Below, piece after piece: positions 7,987 to 16,382 of a stretch of DNA of 50,610 nucleotides; within the stretch, counting starts at the first letter, position 1; each line of letters begins with the position of its first letter. The notes beneath the pieces are model-generated. The model did no database searches and was not told the origin of the DNA. It saw only the letters and a list, made by a program, of their open reading frames with translations. Made by a program: the position numbers and the translations under genes. The stretch covers positions 1 through 50,610 of the IMG/VR virus record IMGVR_UViG_3300020045_005352, one strand, 5' to 3'. The stretch is from a virus (Duplodnaviria; Caudoviricetes).

Positions 7987-8072
7987 TGGCATACCTGTCA
8001 TTGGGCGAATGACAACTCCTAGAGGCCCCAAAGCCTCGGTTTGCATCACGGCAGGCGAATCCTGCTATGCCA
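7987..8072 (+). ncRNA. Candidate tRNA-like structured RNA 2
   Basis: Closing stem TGGCATA/TATGCCA; hairpins TGTCATT/AATGACA and GAGGC/GCCTC; T-arm-like GCAGG-CGAAT-CCTGC. Confidence 0.5.
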
Positions 8073-8107
8073 CAAGATTGGCTGGCAAAGCTAGAAAAGG
8101 AGAAACG

Positions 8108-8437
8108 ATGTTAGATAATTTCAAGGCAGAAAATTGGTCAGACCCAAATGGTAATCCGCATGGCGGTTCTGTTCGTGGAACTGGTCTTACGATTGATTGG
8201 CAGAATGGGCCTCTTGGTCGTGGTGCCGAAAGGATTGAACCGAATGGGGCTTTTGTTGAAACAGTAATTGCGGCAGTAGTGCAACGTATTGAGTATTACC
8301 AGACAGCAAACAATAAAAAATTTGCTTGCAGGGAAAATGCTCTCGCTATCACGAAACTTGAAGAAGCCTTGTTGTGGCTGAACAAGCGGACACAGGACAG
8401 AGAAAAAAGACAGGTTGAAGGAACACACACAGTTTAA
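8108..8437 (+). CDS. tad1: Tad1/Acb2-family anti-defence sponge protein
   Basis: WQNGP..NG..ETVI..RIEYYQ..FACRENALAITKLEEALLWLNKRTQDREKRQVEGT; AAGGAG RBS before ATG 8108. Confidence 0.85.
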   Translation: MLDNFKAENWSDPNGNPHGGSVRGTGLTIDWQNGPLGRGAERIEPNGAFVETVIAAVVQRIEYYQTANNKKFACRENALAITKLEEALLWLNKRTQDREKRQVEGTHTV

Positions 8438-8534
8438 CTATGGCTTGCCTAGCCAACTTATTAAACCTGAAAATGTGGAGGGTGGGAAGTGAAAGGAAGT
8501 ATGGGTATGGTGTGAGCATGTTGAATGGGTTGTT

Positions 8535-8771
8535 ATGAATAATGACCAATACGGAAGAAAAAGTGGTTTTGGAGCCATGACTAACCCCTCCAACTCCCTC
8601 ACAAGGGTTGATGAGAGGTGTGAGTGTGGACATGAAGAATCTAAGCATGGCAATATTATATGGAAATGTGCAGGTTACAAAGACATTAGCGGATATGGAC
8701 ATTATTCAAAATGCCATTGTGAAAAGTATCGCCCCAAACCCATCACCACATCTAAGCGAGGTAAGAGATGA
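8535..8771 (+). CDS. Small Cys/His-rich protein
   Basis: CECGH..H..C..CHC. Confidence 0.55.
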   Translation: MNNDQYGRKSGFGAMTNPSNSLTRVDERCECGHEESKHGNIIWKCAGYKDISGYGHYSKCHCEKYRPKPITTSKRGKR

Positions 8772-8977
8772 GTAAGTTATTCGCATTGAAGTCAGGAGAT
8801 ATTTTTAAGTTGTCAGGAACTCGATTTGAGTTTAGATCAGTAAAGAATAAATTTATGCCAACACTTGGCATAGTACCAAACGCTATTTGTAGAAATCTTG
8901 ATGAAGACAAGGTATCTCTGTTCACAAAAAACTTTGAAGTTGAATTAATTTCCCCACCCACCAGAAGAGGAGAGTGA
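8768..8977 (+). CDS. Hypothetical protein
   Basis: ATGA overlap, GAGG RBS. Confidence 0.55.
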   Translation: MSKLFALKSGDIFKLSGTRFEFRSVKNKFMPTLGIVPNAICRNLDEDKVSLFTKNFEVELISPPTRRGE

Positions 8978-8978
8978 G

Positions 8979-9281
8979 ATGAGAGATGTTGAATGTCCGT
9001 ATTGTGGTAAGGGTATTGAAATAGATCACGATGATGGTCAAGGTTATGCCGAGGATAAAGTTCATCAGCAACAATGCTCGGAATGTGATAAGTATTTTAC
9101 TTTTACCACGAGCATTTCTTACAACTACGATGTTGAAAAAGCTCCTTGTCTTAATGATGGCGAACATAATTGGACGCCTATTATAAGCACTCTTAAGGGT
9201 CGTGAAAGATGCTCTTATTGTGATGAGGAAAGAATTTCAGATGAAGAGCTTTATAAAAAATCTCTTAGATGTGAAGCATAA
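8979..9281 (+). CDS. Zinc-ribbon protein
   Basis: CPYCG..CSECDK..C..H..CSYC. Confidence 0.7.
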   Translation: MRDVECPYCGKGIEIDHDDGQGYAEDKVHQQQCSECDKYFTFTTSISYNYDVEKAPCLNDGEHNWTPIISTLKGRERCSYCDEERISDEELYKKSLRCEA

Positions 9282-9295
9282 CCCCAGGAACCAAC

Positions 9296-9712
9296 ATGAA
9301 AAGTGAGCCAGAAATTATAGTTTCAGATTGTGATAAGACTTTCTTTCTCTCTCATTCATGGATAGTTGGTAATAATGGGTATGTTTATTTAAGAGGTGGA
9401 AGAACTAAAGGAAAACAATGTCTCTTGCATCGTTTGATTTTACAAGCAAAAACAGGTGAAGAAGTTCATCATAAAAACAATAATCCCCTTGATAACAGAC
9501 GAAATAATTTGGAATTAACAACAGCCTCAGAACATCAAAAACATCATGTTTATGGTCTTATTGAAAGAAATGTTGGTAGGAGAAAACACTCATTAATTGG
9601 GAACTGTGAAAATTGTAAGGCTGAATTTAATAAAAATTATTATCATGCAAAAAATAATAGATTTTGTTCAAGAAAATGTTCCGCTTTGTTTAATTGGAGG
9701 AAAAGAAAATGA
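9296..9712 (+). CDS. HNH homing endonuclease
   Basis: GYV..LHRLI..VHHKNNNPLDNRRNNLE; C-terminal CxxC..FCSRKC. Confidence 0.92.
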   Translation: MKSEPEIIVSDCDKTFFLSHSWIVGNNGYVYLRGGRTKGKQCLLHRLILQAKTGEEVHHKNNNPLDNRRNNLELTTASEHQKHHVYGLIERNVGRRKHSLIGNCENCKAEFNKNYYHAKNNRFCSRKCSALFNWRKRK

Positions 9713-9939
9713 ATAAATCTGAGCCAGCGTTTCCAAGTCATGGAAGTATGGGAGAAGTTTGTTACGAAGGCATGACCCTCCGTGATTACTTTGCGGCGAA
9801 GGCTATGCAAGCATTGAGTGTAGATTTATACTTCGGAACAGTAAGCAAACCAGAAAATCCTTGGGCTTGGGTAGCAACTGAATCTTATAAAGCCGCAGAC
9901 GCAATGCTCATCGAGAGAGCGAAGGAGCCAACGCCATGA
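9709..9939 (+). CDS. Conserved phage hypothetical protein
   Basis: PAFP..GMTLRDYFAAKAMQ..Y..ADAML, a common phage family pattern. Confidence 0.8.
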   Translation: MNKSEPAFPSHGSMGEVCYEGMTLRDYFAAKAMQALSVDLYFGTVSKPENPWAWVATESYKAADAMLIERAKEPTP

Positions 9940-10421
9940 ATCAAGAAGGGAAGATGGGGAATGAGCCACTAATAAAGATTGGGCTAATACAGTATCCAGT
10001 TGAACAGCTTCTTCATGGCTGTAAACCAGAGCTTGAGCCTTGCGATAAGTATATGTGGGAACATTGTAACGAGACTATCCAAGAAGCCCTCTCCCAGAAG
10101 GACAGAGAGAAGGAGGAAGCTGTTAATAAGGTTCTCAAAGAACAGCATGAGATTCAAAATGGGCTAGCTAAAGATATTCAACATTACACTCATGTTGCCG
10201 AGGATGTTGAAAGATTAGAAGCGGAGGTTGGGAGGTTGAAAGAAACCAACGAATTATTAAACGACTCCCCCTCCCTCGAAGCCTTCAATAAACAACAGTC
10301 GGTGCTTAAGGCAGGGTTGGAGGCAATAAAAATGTATGTGGATGGAGATAAAACCGCTACAGATCAGTGGAACGCATTAGTTAAAGTCTTACGCCAAGCC
10401 AAGGAAGCAGGGCTTTTGTGA
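9936..10421 (+). CDS. Hypothetical coiled-coil protein
   Basis: 161 aa ORF coupled to neighbours. Confidence 0.6.
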   Translation: MNQEGKMGNEPLIKIGLIQYPVEQLLHGCKPELEPCDKYMWEHCNETIQEALSQKDREKEEAVNKVLKEQHEIQNGLAKDIQHYTHVAEDVERLEAEVGRLKETNELLNDSPSLEAFNKQQSVLKAGLEAIKMYVDGDKTATDQWNALVKVLRQAKEAGLL

Positions 10422-10858
10422 AAGTTGTAGAATATTTTTTAGATGAAATTAGTAACAAAACTTTTAAGACAAAAGAAGAAGCTATTAAATCAGAGAAAAA
10501 GAATGGCGGAATAAAAAAACTGTTTGGATTCTGGAAGAAAGCTGGGGATTTTAATTGTGATAACTCAAGGTGCTTTCAGAGAAGTGATGTGGATTATCTA
10601 AGACTTCAAGACGCTCTTGTAAAAGCTGTTACTGAATATGAACCTTGGATAGCCAAGCACTATGAAAAACATGGTGGCATTTCAAGAGAGCATATGCAAT
10701 CAGGTTTTATTATTGGTAGGTTTTTAGATGACGGAGGGTCTGAACTTTATCATTGGTATTGCATACTCTCTAATGTTTGTAAAACTTGTTTCAGAGAGTT
10801 TAATCAGCCTTACGGAGCAAATCATTGCACACATACAAACAAGGCTTTACTACCTTGA
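10418..10858 (+). CDS. Hypothetical protein
   Basis: 146 aa ORF, GTGA overlap. Confidence 0.65.
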   Translation: MKVVEYFLDEISNKTFKTKEEAIKSEKKNGGIKKLFGFWKKAGDFNCDNSRCFQRSDVDYLRLQDALVKAVTEYEPWIAKHYEKHGGISREHMQSGFIIGRFLDDGGSELYHWYCILSNVCKTCFREFNQPYGANHCTHTNKALLP

Positions 10859-10902
10859 CTCAAACCTCTTCTCAAGGCTTTCAACGTCAGAAGGAAGAGA
10901 GT

Positions 10903-11109
10903 ATGAGAGCAATAAGAAAGTATTCCCCAAAGATTTCAAAAGGAACTAAGGCGGCTTCCTGCGTAGTCTGTAATAAAATCTTTACAAGAGACACCTACAA
11001 TTTCTATCTTAATTCTCGTGGCTATGGAGATGGACTTTCAAGAGAATGTAGGTGGTGTGTGCTTAAGAAGAAGAAAATTGAGTGGAGGAATAGAAATCAT
11101 GTCAAATAA
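10903..11109 (+). CDS. Small zinc-finger protein
   Basis: CVVC..FY..DGL..CRWC; start chosen after AAGGAAGAG. Confidence 0.55.
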   Translation: MRAIRKYSPKISKGTKAASCVVCNKIFTRDTYNFYLNSRGYGDGLSRECRWCVLKKKKIEWRNRNHVK

Positions 11110-11266
11110 TAGTAAATCTAATAGGTGTAAGAAGTGTGGGTATAAGGTTTATTCTAGCAGTCATACAGGCAAGAAGGTGGTGTATAATCTTTTGAATAGT
11201 AGAGAGCATAGTTGTGCTCGGATAATTGAGGCTAGGAGGAAGCTTGAGAGTACTGTTCAAAGATAG
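11099..11266 (+). CDS. Small zinc-binding protein
   Basis: CKKCG..HSC; GGAGG RBS. Confidence 0.5.
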   Translation: MSNNSKSNRCKKCGYKVYSSSHTGKKVVYNLLNSREHSCARIIEARRKLESTVQR

Positions 11267-12281
11267 TAGATACCACGGCCAGCGTCAATGGGAAAAGCCA
11301 GTTGACATATACCCAGCCCACTTAAGCATGTTCTGTACCTATCTTAGGAACCAGGGTCATGAGGTTGTATGGTTTGGTAAAGATGATGGAAAATTTGACA
11401 GGATTATAGAATCAGATGAGCAGATAGATGTTGAGTTTGATAAGCTTCCTTTGCCAGATAGAAGATTAACTAATTCGATGAATCCTAAATATCTTTCATA
11501 CGGAAATTATAAGATGTCTAGGGGTACACACTATTTGTCTTCTAATCTTTGTTGGTGGGCAGGAGAACGTGGGTGCATATTTTGCCACGATTCTAGCCGA
11601 ATAATTGAAGGTGAGCCTAGACGAGTTAGATCCGTTCAACATGTTATTAATGAGATAGAAGACTGCGTAAGACTTACTCACAATGAGGCTTTTGATGATG
11701 CTGGAACTATACCTATAAATGAGTGGCTTCATGATTTTTGCAATCAAATGATTAAGAGTGGACTAAACAAGAAAATAGTGTTGGGGTGCAACCTTAAGCC
11801 AATAAAACAAGACTTTAAGCTAATGAAAGAAGCTGGATTTCGATTCATTTTGGTTGGTGTAGAGTCGGCAAACCAGAAGACTATAGACATAATTCAGAAG
11901 GGCCAACACTCAGAAAAAGTAGTAGAGAATCTAAAAGCAATGAGTGATGCTGGTCTTGAACCACACGCCACCTTTATGCTGGATTGCCCAGAAGAAACAG
12001 ATGAAGATTGTATGAGAACTGTAAAGTTGGCTCATCATCTCCTTAAAAAAGGTTATGCCAAAACAGCTCAAGCAAGTGTATATAGTCCTCCACGCACTCA
12101 ACCTGACCCAAAGTCTAAGGGTCACAGATATATTCCTATGATTTATGAAACGTACAAGTCTCCGCAGTTTTGGTACCACAAGTTTAAAGACATACGGAAA
12201 ATAGAGGATGTCACATATTTAATCAGAGGAGGCAGACTTGTCGCAGAAGAATACATCAGGAAAACGTTCAGGGTTAGATAA
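11244..12281 (+). CDS. Radical SAM enzyme related to the B12-binding class, with a shortened N-terminal domain
   Basis: CWWAGERGCIFC, RSVQHVINEI, FDD, MKEAGFRFILVGVESANQ, PEET; TTG start after GGAGG. Confidence 0.88.
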   Translation: MRVLFKDSRYHGQRQWEKPVDIYPAHLSMFCTYLRNQGHEVVWFGKDDGKFDRIIESDEQIDVEFDKLPLPDRRLTNSMNPKYLSYGNYKMSRGTHYLSSNLCWWAGERGCIFCHDSSRIIEGEPRRVRSVQHVINEIEDCVRLTHNEAFDDAGTIPINEWLHDFCNQMIKSGLNKKIVLGCNLKPIKQDFKLMKEAGFRFILVGVESANQKTIDIIQKGQHSEKVVENLKAMSDAGLEPHATFMLDCPEETDEDCMRTVKLAHHLLKKGYAKTAQASVYSPPRTQPDPKSKGHRYIPMIYETYKSPQFWYHKFKDIRKIEDVTYLIRGGRLVAEEYIRKTFRVR

Positions 12282-12393
12282 GCAGATTGAAGAGGCTCAA
12301 AAGCAGTATTCAGAGCTTCTGGCTAAGATGAAGGCTATAGGAATTAAGATTAATGATTTGGTGAGTAAGAGGTATAAATAAAAGGAGAATATA

Positions 12394-12573
12394 ATGGATG
12401 ATAAAATGATGATTGCACTAACAAAGTTTCTTGAATCTGGAGGAACTTTGGCTCTATGGGGTATCTTAATTTGGCAGGGATTGGCATATTTGAAAGTATT
12501 GACAGTTGCATTTTTCGTTTTTTCTTGTGTATGGTTAATGTCCAAGACAGTTATAAAGGCTAGAGTAAAATAA
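12394..12573 (+). CDS. Small membrane protein (59 aa)
   Basis: Read by hand: MDDKMMIAL..ARVK*; AAGGAG RBS; hydrophobic. Confidence 0.6.
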   Translation: MDDKMMIALTKFLESGGTLALWGILIWQGLAYLKVLTVAFFVFSCVWLMSKTVIKARVK

Positions 12574-12752
12574 TGCAAGACAGCTTCATTGTTTTAATTG
12601 TTCTATCAATATTTTATCTTATATTTAATGGAATATGTTGCTTTATTCTAAATTCTATTTTGGATAAAGAGTTAGATTATCAAGAAAGTATAGTTTATTT
12701 CTATACAGGAATATCTATATTAGGGCTCATAATTTTAACAACCATAATTTAA
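12573..12752 (+). CDS. Small two-TM membrane protein (59 aa)
   Basis: Read by hand: MQDSFIVLIVLSIFYLIF..LGLIILTTII*; TAATG overlap. Confidence 0.55.
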   Translation: MQDSFIVLIVLSIFYLIFNGICCFILNSILDKELDYQESIVYFYTGISILGLIILTTII

Positions 12753-12774
12753 TAATGGAAATCAGGGTGTAAAA

Positions 12775-13194
12775 ATGAATAATGTAATACAAAGAGGTTG
12801 CGAAGCTGAATTACTAATTGCTGCAGAAGCTATTAAACATGGAATTGTAGTATCTAAACCACTTTCTCATTCTAGTCCTTATGACTTTATTTTTGACAAC
12901 GGAAAAAATGTATTAAAAGTTCAATGCAAGAGAGCATATAAAATGAAAGGTTGGAATAATAAAATAGATTCTTTGTGTGTAGAAAGTAGAAGAAGATATG
13001 GCTTTAAAAAAAATGGAATAAAAATGCAAGGTAAACCATATAGATACAACGATTTTGATGTATTGGTTGCTTGTGAACCTTTAAAAAATAGATTTTGGAT
13101 TCTACCATTTAGTTTTTGTAAGAACTTTAAGTCTGGTATTTACCTAGATACTAAGAAATCAAATATTTATTTGAATAATTGGAAAATGATATAA
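12775..13194 (+). CDS. PD-(D/E)XK homing endonuclease (PDDEXK_5 / I-Ssp6803I-like)
   Basis: RG..AE..G..VSKP..PYDFI..KVQCK..Y..DFD; very AT-rich. Confidence 0.88.
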   Translation: MNNVIQRGCEAELLIAAEAIKHGIVVSKPLSHSSPYDFIFDNGKNVLKVQCKRAYKMKGWNNKIDSLCVESRRRYGFKKNGIKMQGKPYRYNDFDVLVACEPLKNRFWILPFSFCKNFKSGIYLDTKKSNIYLNNWKMI

Positions 13195-13270
13195 ACAATA
13201 AAACGGAAACTCTGTGAAACTCAGAGGCTCAGTCCTGAACGGTAAAGCCCGAATACAAATAAAGGAGAGG
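13166..13270 (+). promoter_or_regulatory. Cobalamin riboswitch (compact, class II-like)
   Basis: GGAAA-CTCTG-TGAAACT-CAGAG-GCTCAGTCCTGAACGGTAAAGCCCGAATAC matches the cobalamin core; loop TCCT is complementary to the AGGA of the downstream RBS; it precedes a BtuB-like gene. The 5' boundary is uncertain. Confidence 0.85.
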
Positions 13271-13271
13271 T

Positions 13272-15047
13272 ATGAAGAAGCTAGTGTTGCTACTGTTGTT
13301 ATCAAGTCCTGCCTACGCCCACAATGGAGAATACCCTGATTTGGATTGTCAAGATTGTACGTTGGATCAGAGGATAGAGGTGGCGTCTGAGGTGCCTATG
13401 GTTCAGTCAGAGTCGGGCAAGTCTACGGATGTGTTGGATTCTTACCTTATAGACCAATATAAAGAGACAAGAGTGGTAGATAACCTCTCTGGGATTCCTG
13501 GAGTTGAGACTAAAAATGCTGGTGGGATATCTACTGTGAGAATCCGAGGTATGCGTTCCTATGATACCAAGTGGCTATACAATGGCGTGCCTATGAAAGA
13601 CCCTACCGAGCCACAGAGTAGCTTCACTCCCTTTGTGGATAACCTGTTAAATATGGGGACAACTGAGGTACAGGTGTTGAAGGGAGTGGGGTCAACGATC
13701 TATGGGTCTGAAGCCATGGGAGGGGTTGTTGATATTGAGCCCCTAGATACACCTTGGAGTTATCAGCAGGAAGTCGGGCATGAGTGGAAAGAAGCTCTCA
13801 CAAGCCCTTACGGGAGTGTAGTTAGGCTTGATAGCCGAGAGTCAGATAATACAAGCTTTAATGTGGGTCACAAGTGGGAAAAAGTAGAACTCTGGGGATT
13901 GTTCATAGATGCAAGTAGTCCAATCAACAACTCGCCATACATCATGGCTAATGAGGTTCACACCGATGAACACGATGAAAATAACAGAAGCGAAGAACGG
14001 TTTGTACATGGGGGAGCAAAGGTTGCACTCGGAGAATTTGGGCAATGGACTGTCTCTGGTTCAGAGTCCAGAAGGAGATTTGTCTTTCTACCGAATGAAG
14101 ATGGTTCGGACTTCTATTCGGACGGGACTTTTACTGGGGATAGTATTTACTCTGATTTGCGCTTTAGTGGCAACCTGGGTACTATTGGGTGGACGTATCT
14201 GAGGGATTGGTATAAGTTTGAGACAGGGGAAGAAGAAGATGAGATTGACAGGTACCAGAATGATTTCTATGTGGAGAAGAAGATTGAGATTGGGAAGGTA
14301 GACTTATTGCTAGGAGGTAGAGAAAGTTTACATGAGAGTACCAAGGCGAGGTTACTATTTGATGTGTCAGCTGTCTATCATGTCGATAAGTCTCTATTGG
14401 TTCGCATACACACAGGGAGTGGATATAGGGCTCCTAGTTTATATGAGCTTAATGGGGCATTCCTGACTGACTTCGGACGCTTTGAGATTGGGAATCCAGA
14501 GTTAAGTCCTGAGAGGTCTACGAGCTTTGATGTGGGAGTGCAGAAGCAGATTGGAGATTTAATCACTCTAGGAGCCACATACTTTAGTAATACAGTCAAG
14601 AATAGGATAGGCTTCGTAGGTGGGAATTATGGGAACATGGAGGGGGATTATAATCCTCATGGAGTAGAGGCGTACTACGAACACTTTTTGTTTGGGTGTG
14701 CGTCAGCACGCATTGCTTATACTAAGACTTGGGCAGAGAATCTGATTGATATCGGGCAGAATAGCTTTGATTTATCACTCAGGGTTGAGAAGAAGAAGTG
14801 GAATGCGAGTGTGAGGGCGAGGATTAGGGATAAGCACACCATTGAACTCTTTGACTATGATACCTTTGAGGTAGATAGGGTGAAGGAAGATGGGTCAGTG
14901 GTGGTGGATGTGACTGTGGGCTACAAGGTTAAGGATAATGTTGAAATCTATGCTAGAGCCGAGAATCTATTCGGTGAGGATTATGAGGTTGGGGCTTATA
15001 GACAGAATGGGGCGAGAGTATATGGAGGAGTAAAGGTGGCACTATGA
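13272..15047 (+). CDS. btuB: TonB-dependent outer-membrane receptor, BtuB-like
   Basis: Signal peptide; plug motifs IPGV..VRIRG..NGVP..VLKG..STIYGSEAMGGVV; barrel motifs GYRAPSLYEL, GNPELSPE, ENLF; substrate inferred from the riboswitch. Confidence 0.9.
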   Translation: MKKLVLLLLLSSPAYAHNGEYPDLDCQDCTLDQRIEVASEVPMVQSESGKSTDVLDSYLIDQYKETRVVDNLSGIPGVETKNAGGISTVRIRGMRSYDTKWLYNGVPMKDPTEPQSSFTPFVDNLLNMGTTEVQVLKGVGSTIYGSEAMGGVVDIEPLDTPWSYQQEVGHEWKEALTSPYGSVVRLDSRESDNTSFNVGHKWEKVELWGLFIDASSPINNSPYIMANEVHTDEHDENNRSEERFVHGGAKVALGEFGQWTVSGSESRRRFVFLPNEDGSDFYSDGTFTGDSIYSDLRFSGNLGTIGWTYLRDWYKFETGEEEDEIDRYQNDFYVEKKIEIGKVDLLLGGRESLHESTKARLLFDVSAVYHVDKSLLVRIHTGSGYRAPSLYELNGAFLTDFGRFEIGNPELSPERSTSFDVGVQKQIGDLITLGATYFSNTVKNRIGFVGGNYGNMEGDYNPHGVEAYYEHFLFGCASARIAYTKTWAENLIDIGQNSFDLSLRVEKKKWNASVRARIRDKHTIELFDYDTFEVDRVKEDGSVVVDVTVGYKVKDNVEIYARAENLFGEDYEVGAYRQNGARVYGGVKVAL

Positions 15048-15250
15048 AAATTGACAATCTAATCTTTTGTATATTCTACTTCTTTTGGGCATTGTCAGGA
15101 ATTATCCCAGTAGTTTGGTTTCATAAGAAACACAAGAATCCAGGTGTCTATGGGTTAATAATTTTTGCTTTGATAATGGGTCCATGCATGATTTTAGAAG
15201 CTATAGAATTTGATAAAAGAGAAGAAGAAAGACATGGTAAAAAAATATGA
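15044..15250 (+). CDS. Small two-TM membrane protein
   Basis: Two hydrophobic segments; ATGA overlap with the receptor gene. Confidence 0.65.
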   Translation: MKIDNLIFCIFYFFWALSGIIPVVWFHKKHKNPGVYGLIIFALIMGPCMILEAIEFDKREEERHGKKI

Positions 15251-15269
15251 AAATGGCAATCCTTGAGAT

Positions 15270-15620
15270 ATGGTGTGCGTTTTATGGAGCTATGCCTTGG
15301 ATAATAGGAGCGTTGACGTTATGGCTGGGTATACGGTTACTGAAGCACCGCAGGTAGAATATTTTAATCTTAATCTTGATGAGAGTGGGTTCTTCTTTCT
15401 GATAAAGCCAGATTTCTCTACTGGTAAGATTCAGGTTGTGATTAAGAATGATTTAGAGATTAAAGAAGTAGTTACTGGGAATAGATGTCAGGATATTTAC
15501 AACTACATCATATTCAACTATGAGCAGTATCTATCCAAGCTTCATTGTTGCTATCTAGGCAAAGAGCTTAAGAAGGCGGAGATTGCTATGGTTACAGGTG
15601 GGAGTTATTATCAGGAATGA
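15270..15620 (+). CDS. DUF4346-domain protein (start uncertain)
   Basis: LDESGFFFLI..DIY..HCCYLGKELKKAEIAM..G..Y.QE. Confidence 0.75.
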   Translation: MVCVLWSYALDNRSVDVMAGYTVTEAPQVEYFNLNLDESGFFFLIKPDFSTGKIQVVIKNDLEIKEVVTGNRCQDIYNYIIFNYEQYLSKLHCCYLGKELKKAEIAMVTGGSYYQE

Positions 15621-15643
15621 AGCTTAATCCATTCCATAATTAC

Positions 15644-16366
15644 TCAGACGGAAGCCTTGCTTGTAGGTGGGGAGACCACGGGGATTGTATCAACTTGAAG
15701 TGTAGGTGTGATTGCCACTTTCTTCTTAAGAAGGAAGATAAAACCACGGGAGAAGAGTGATGGGAACCTATCCGCAAGGAATTGATGAATGGGCTCTGGT
15801 ATCAACTTTAATATTTGACCAACCCAAGGCTGCTTTGAACCAAGAGCAGTTGGAGACACGTAATATAATTGCTTCGCCGTCTGAAAACCTGCGCTTTCTA
15901 GGAAAGATTTGCCTTGTTTCAGACTCGGGAGGTGCAAGTGTTTACCTTGACCTGCAAAGCAGTCCCCGTCAACAATCCCAAAGAGACATCGAATCCTATG
16001 AAAAGCACTTGCTTCATTGGGTAGAGAAACAACTAGGTAGCCCTCTTCAGGAAGGCTCTTATAAATGGATTCCAAACTATCGAGCGGGTCAAGAAGATGT
16101 TCAAGAGTCTCAAGGCAAAGAGCAAGGTTACAAGGAATAGGTTCAAACCCGTGGTTTAAGTCCATCACTTTAGTCTCTTTATGATAAGCCTTCTGGTCAA
16201 TCCCGATATACTTAGTATTCCTAGGGAAATACTTCCTAGCCTCCCAGGTGAAGCAACCTACGTCTAATATGGTGGAAGGATTCTTGTCATCCTGACTTAG
16301 GTATGGGAGAAGAAGTCGTGCTGACTTCATCACCCTGTCACGGGCGTATTTGTCTTTCCGATACAT
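15644..16366 (-). CDS. Class I SAM-dependent methyltransferase
   Basis: ILDVGC, YIGID, ETLEHL, GYLVVSLPN; start put at ATG 16366 (frame open to 16480). Confidence 0.9.
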   Translation of the reverse strand: MYRKDKYARDRVMKSARLLLPYLSQDDKNPSTILDVGCFTWEARKYFPRNTKYIGIDQKAYHKETKVMDLNHGFEPIPCNLALCLETLEHLLDPLDSLESIYKSLPEEGYLVVSLPNEASAFHRIRCLFGIVDGDCFAGQGKHLHLPSLKQGKSFLESAGFQTAKQLYYVSPTALGSKQPWVGQILKLIPEPIHQFLADRFPSLFSRGFIFLLKKKVAITPTLQVDTIPVVSPPTSKASV

Positions 16367-16382
16367 ATTATCCCAAGGAGTT

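Noticed and set aside
7987-8072. Canonical tRNA gene
   Set aside because: No GTTC T-loop or standard D and anticodon arms; kept only as a tRNA-like candidate.
8009-8107. N-terminal extension of the Tad1-like ORF
   Set aside because: It overlaps the structured RNA, and the RBS sits before ATG 8108.
12753-13200. Group I intron around the PD-(D/E)XK endonuclease
   Set aside because: No interrupted gene and no room for intron core elements; the downstream structure fits a cobalamin riboswitch.
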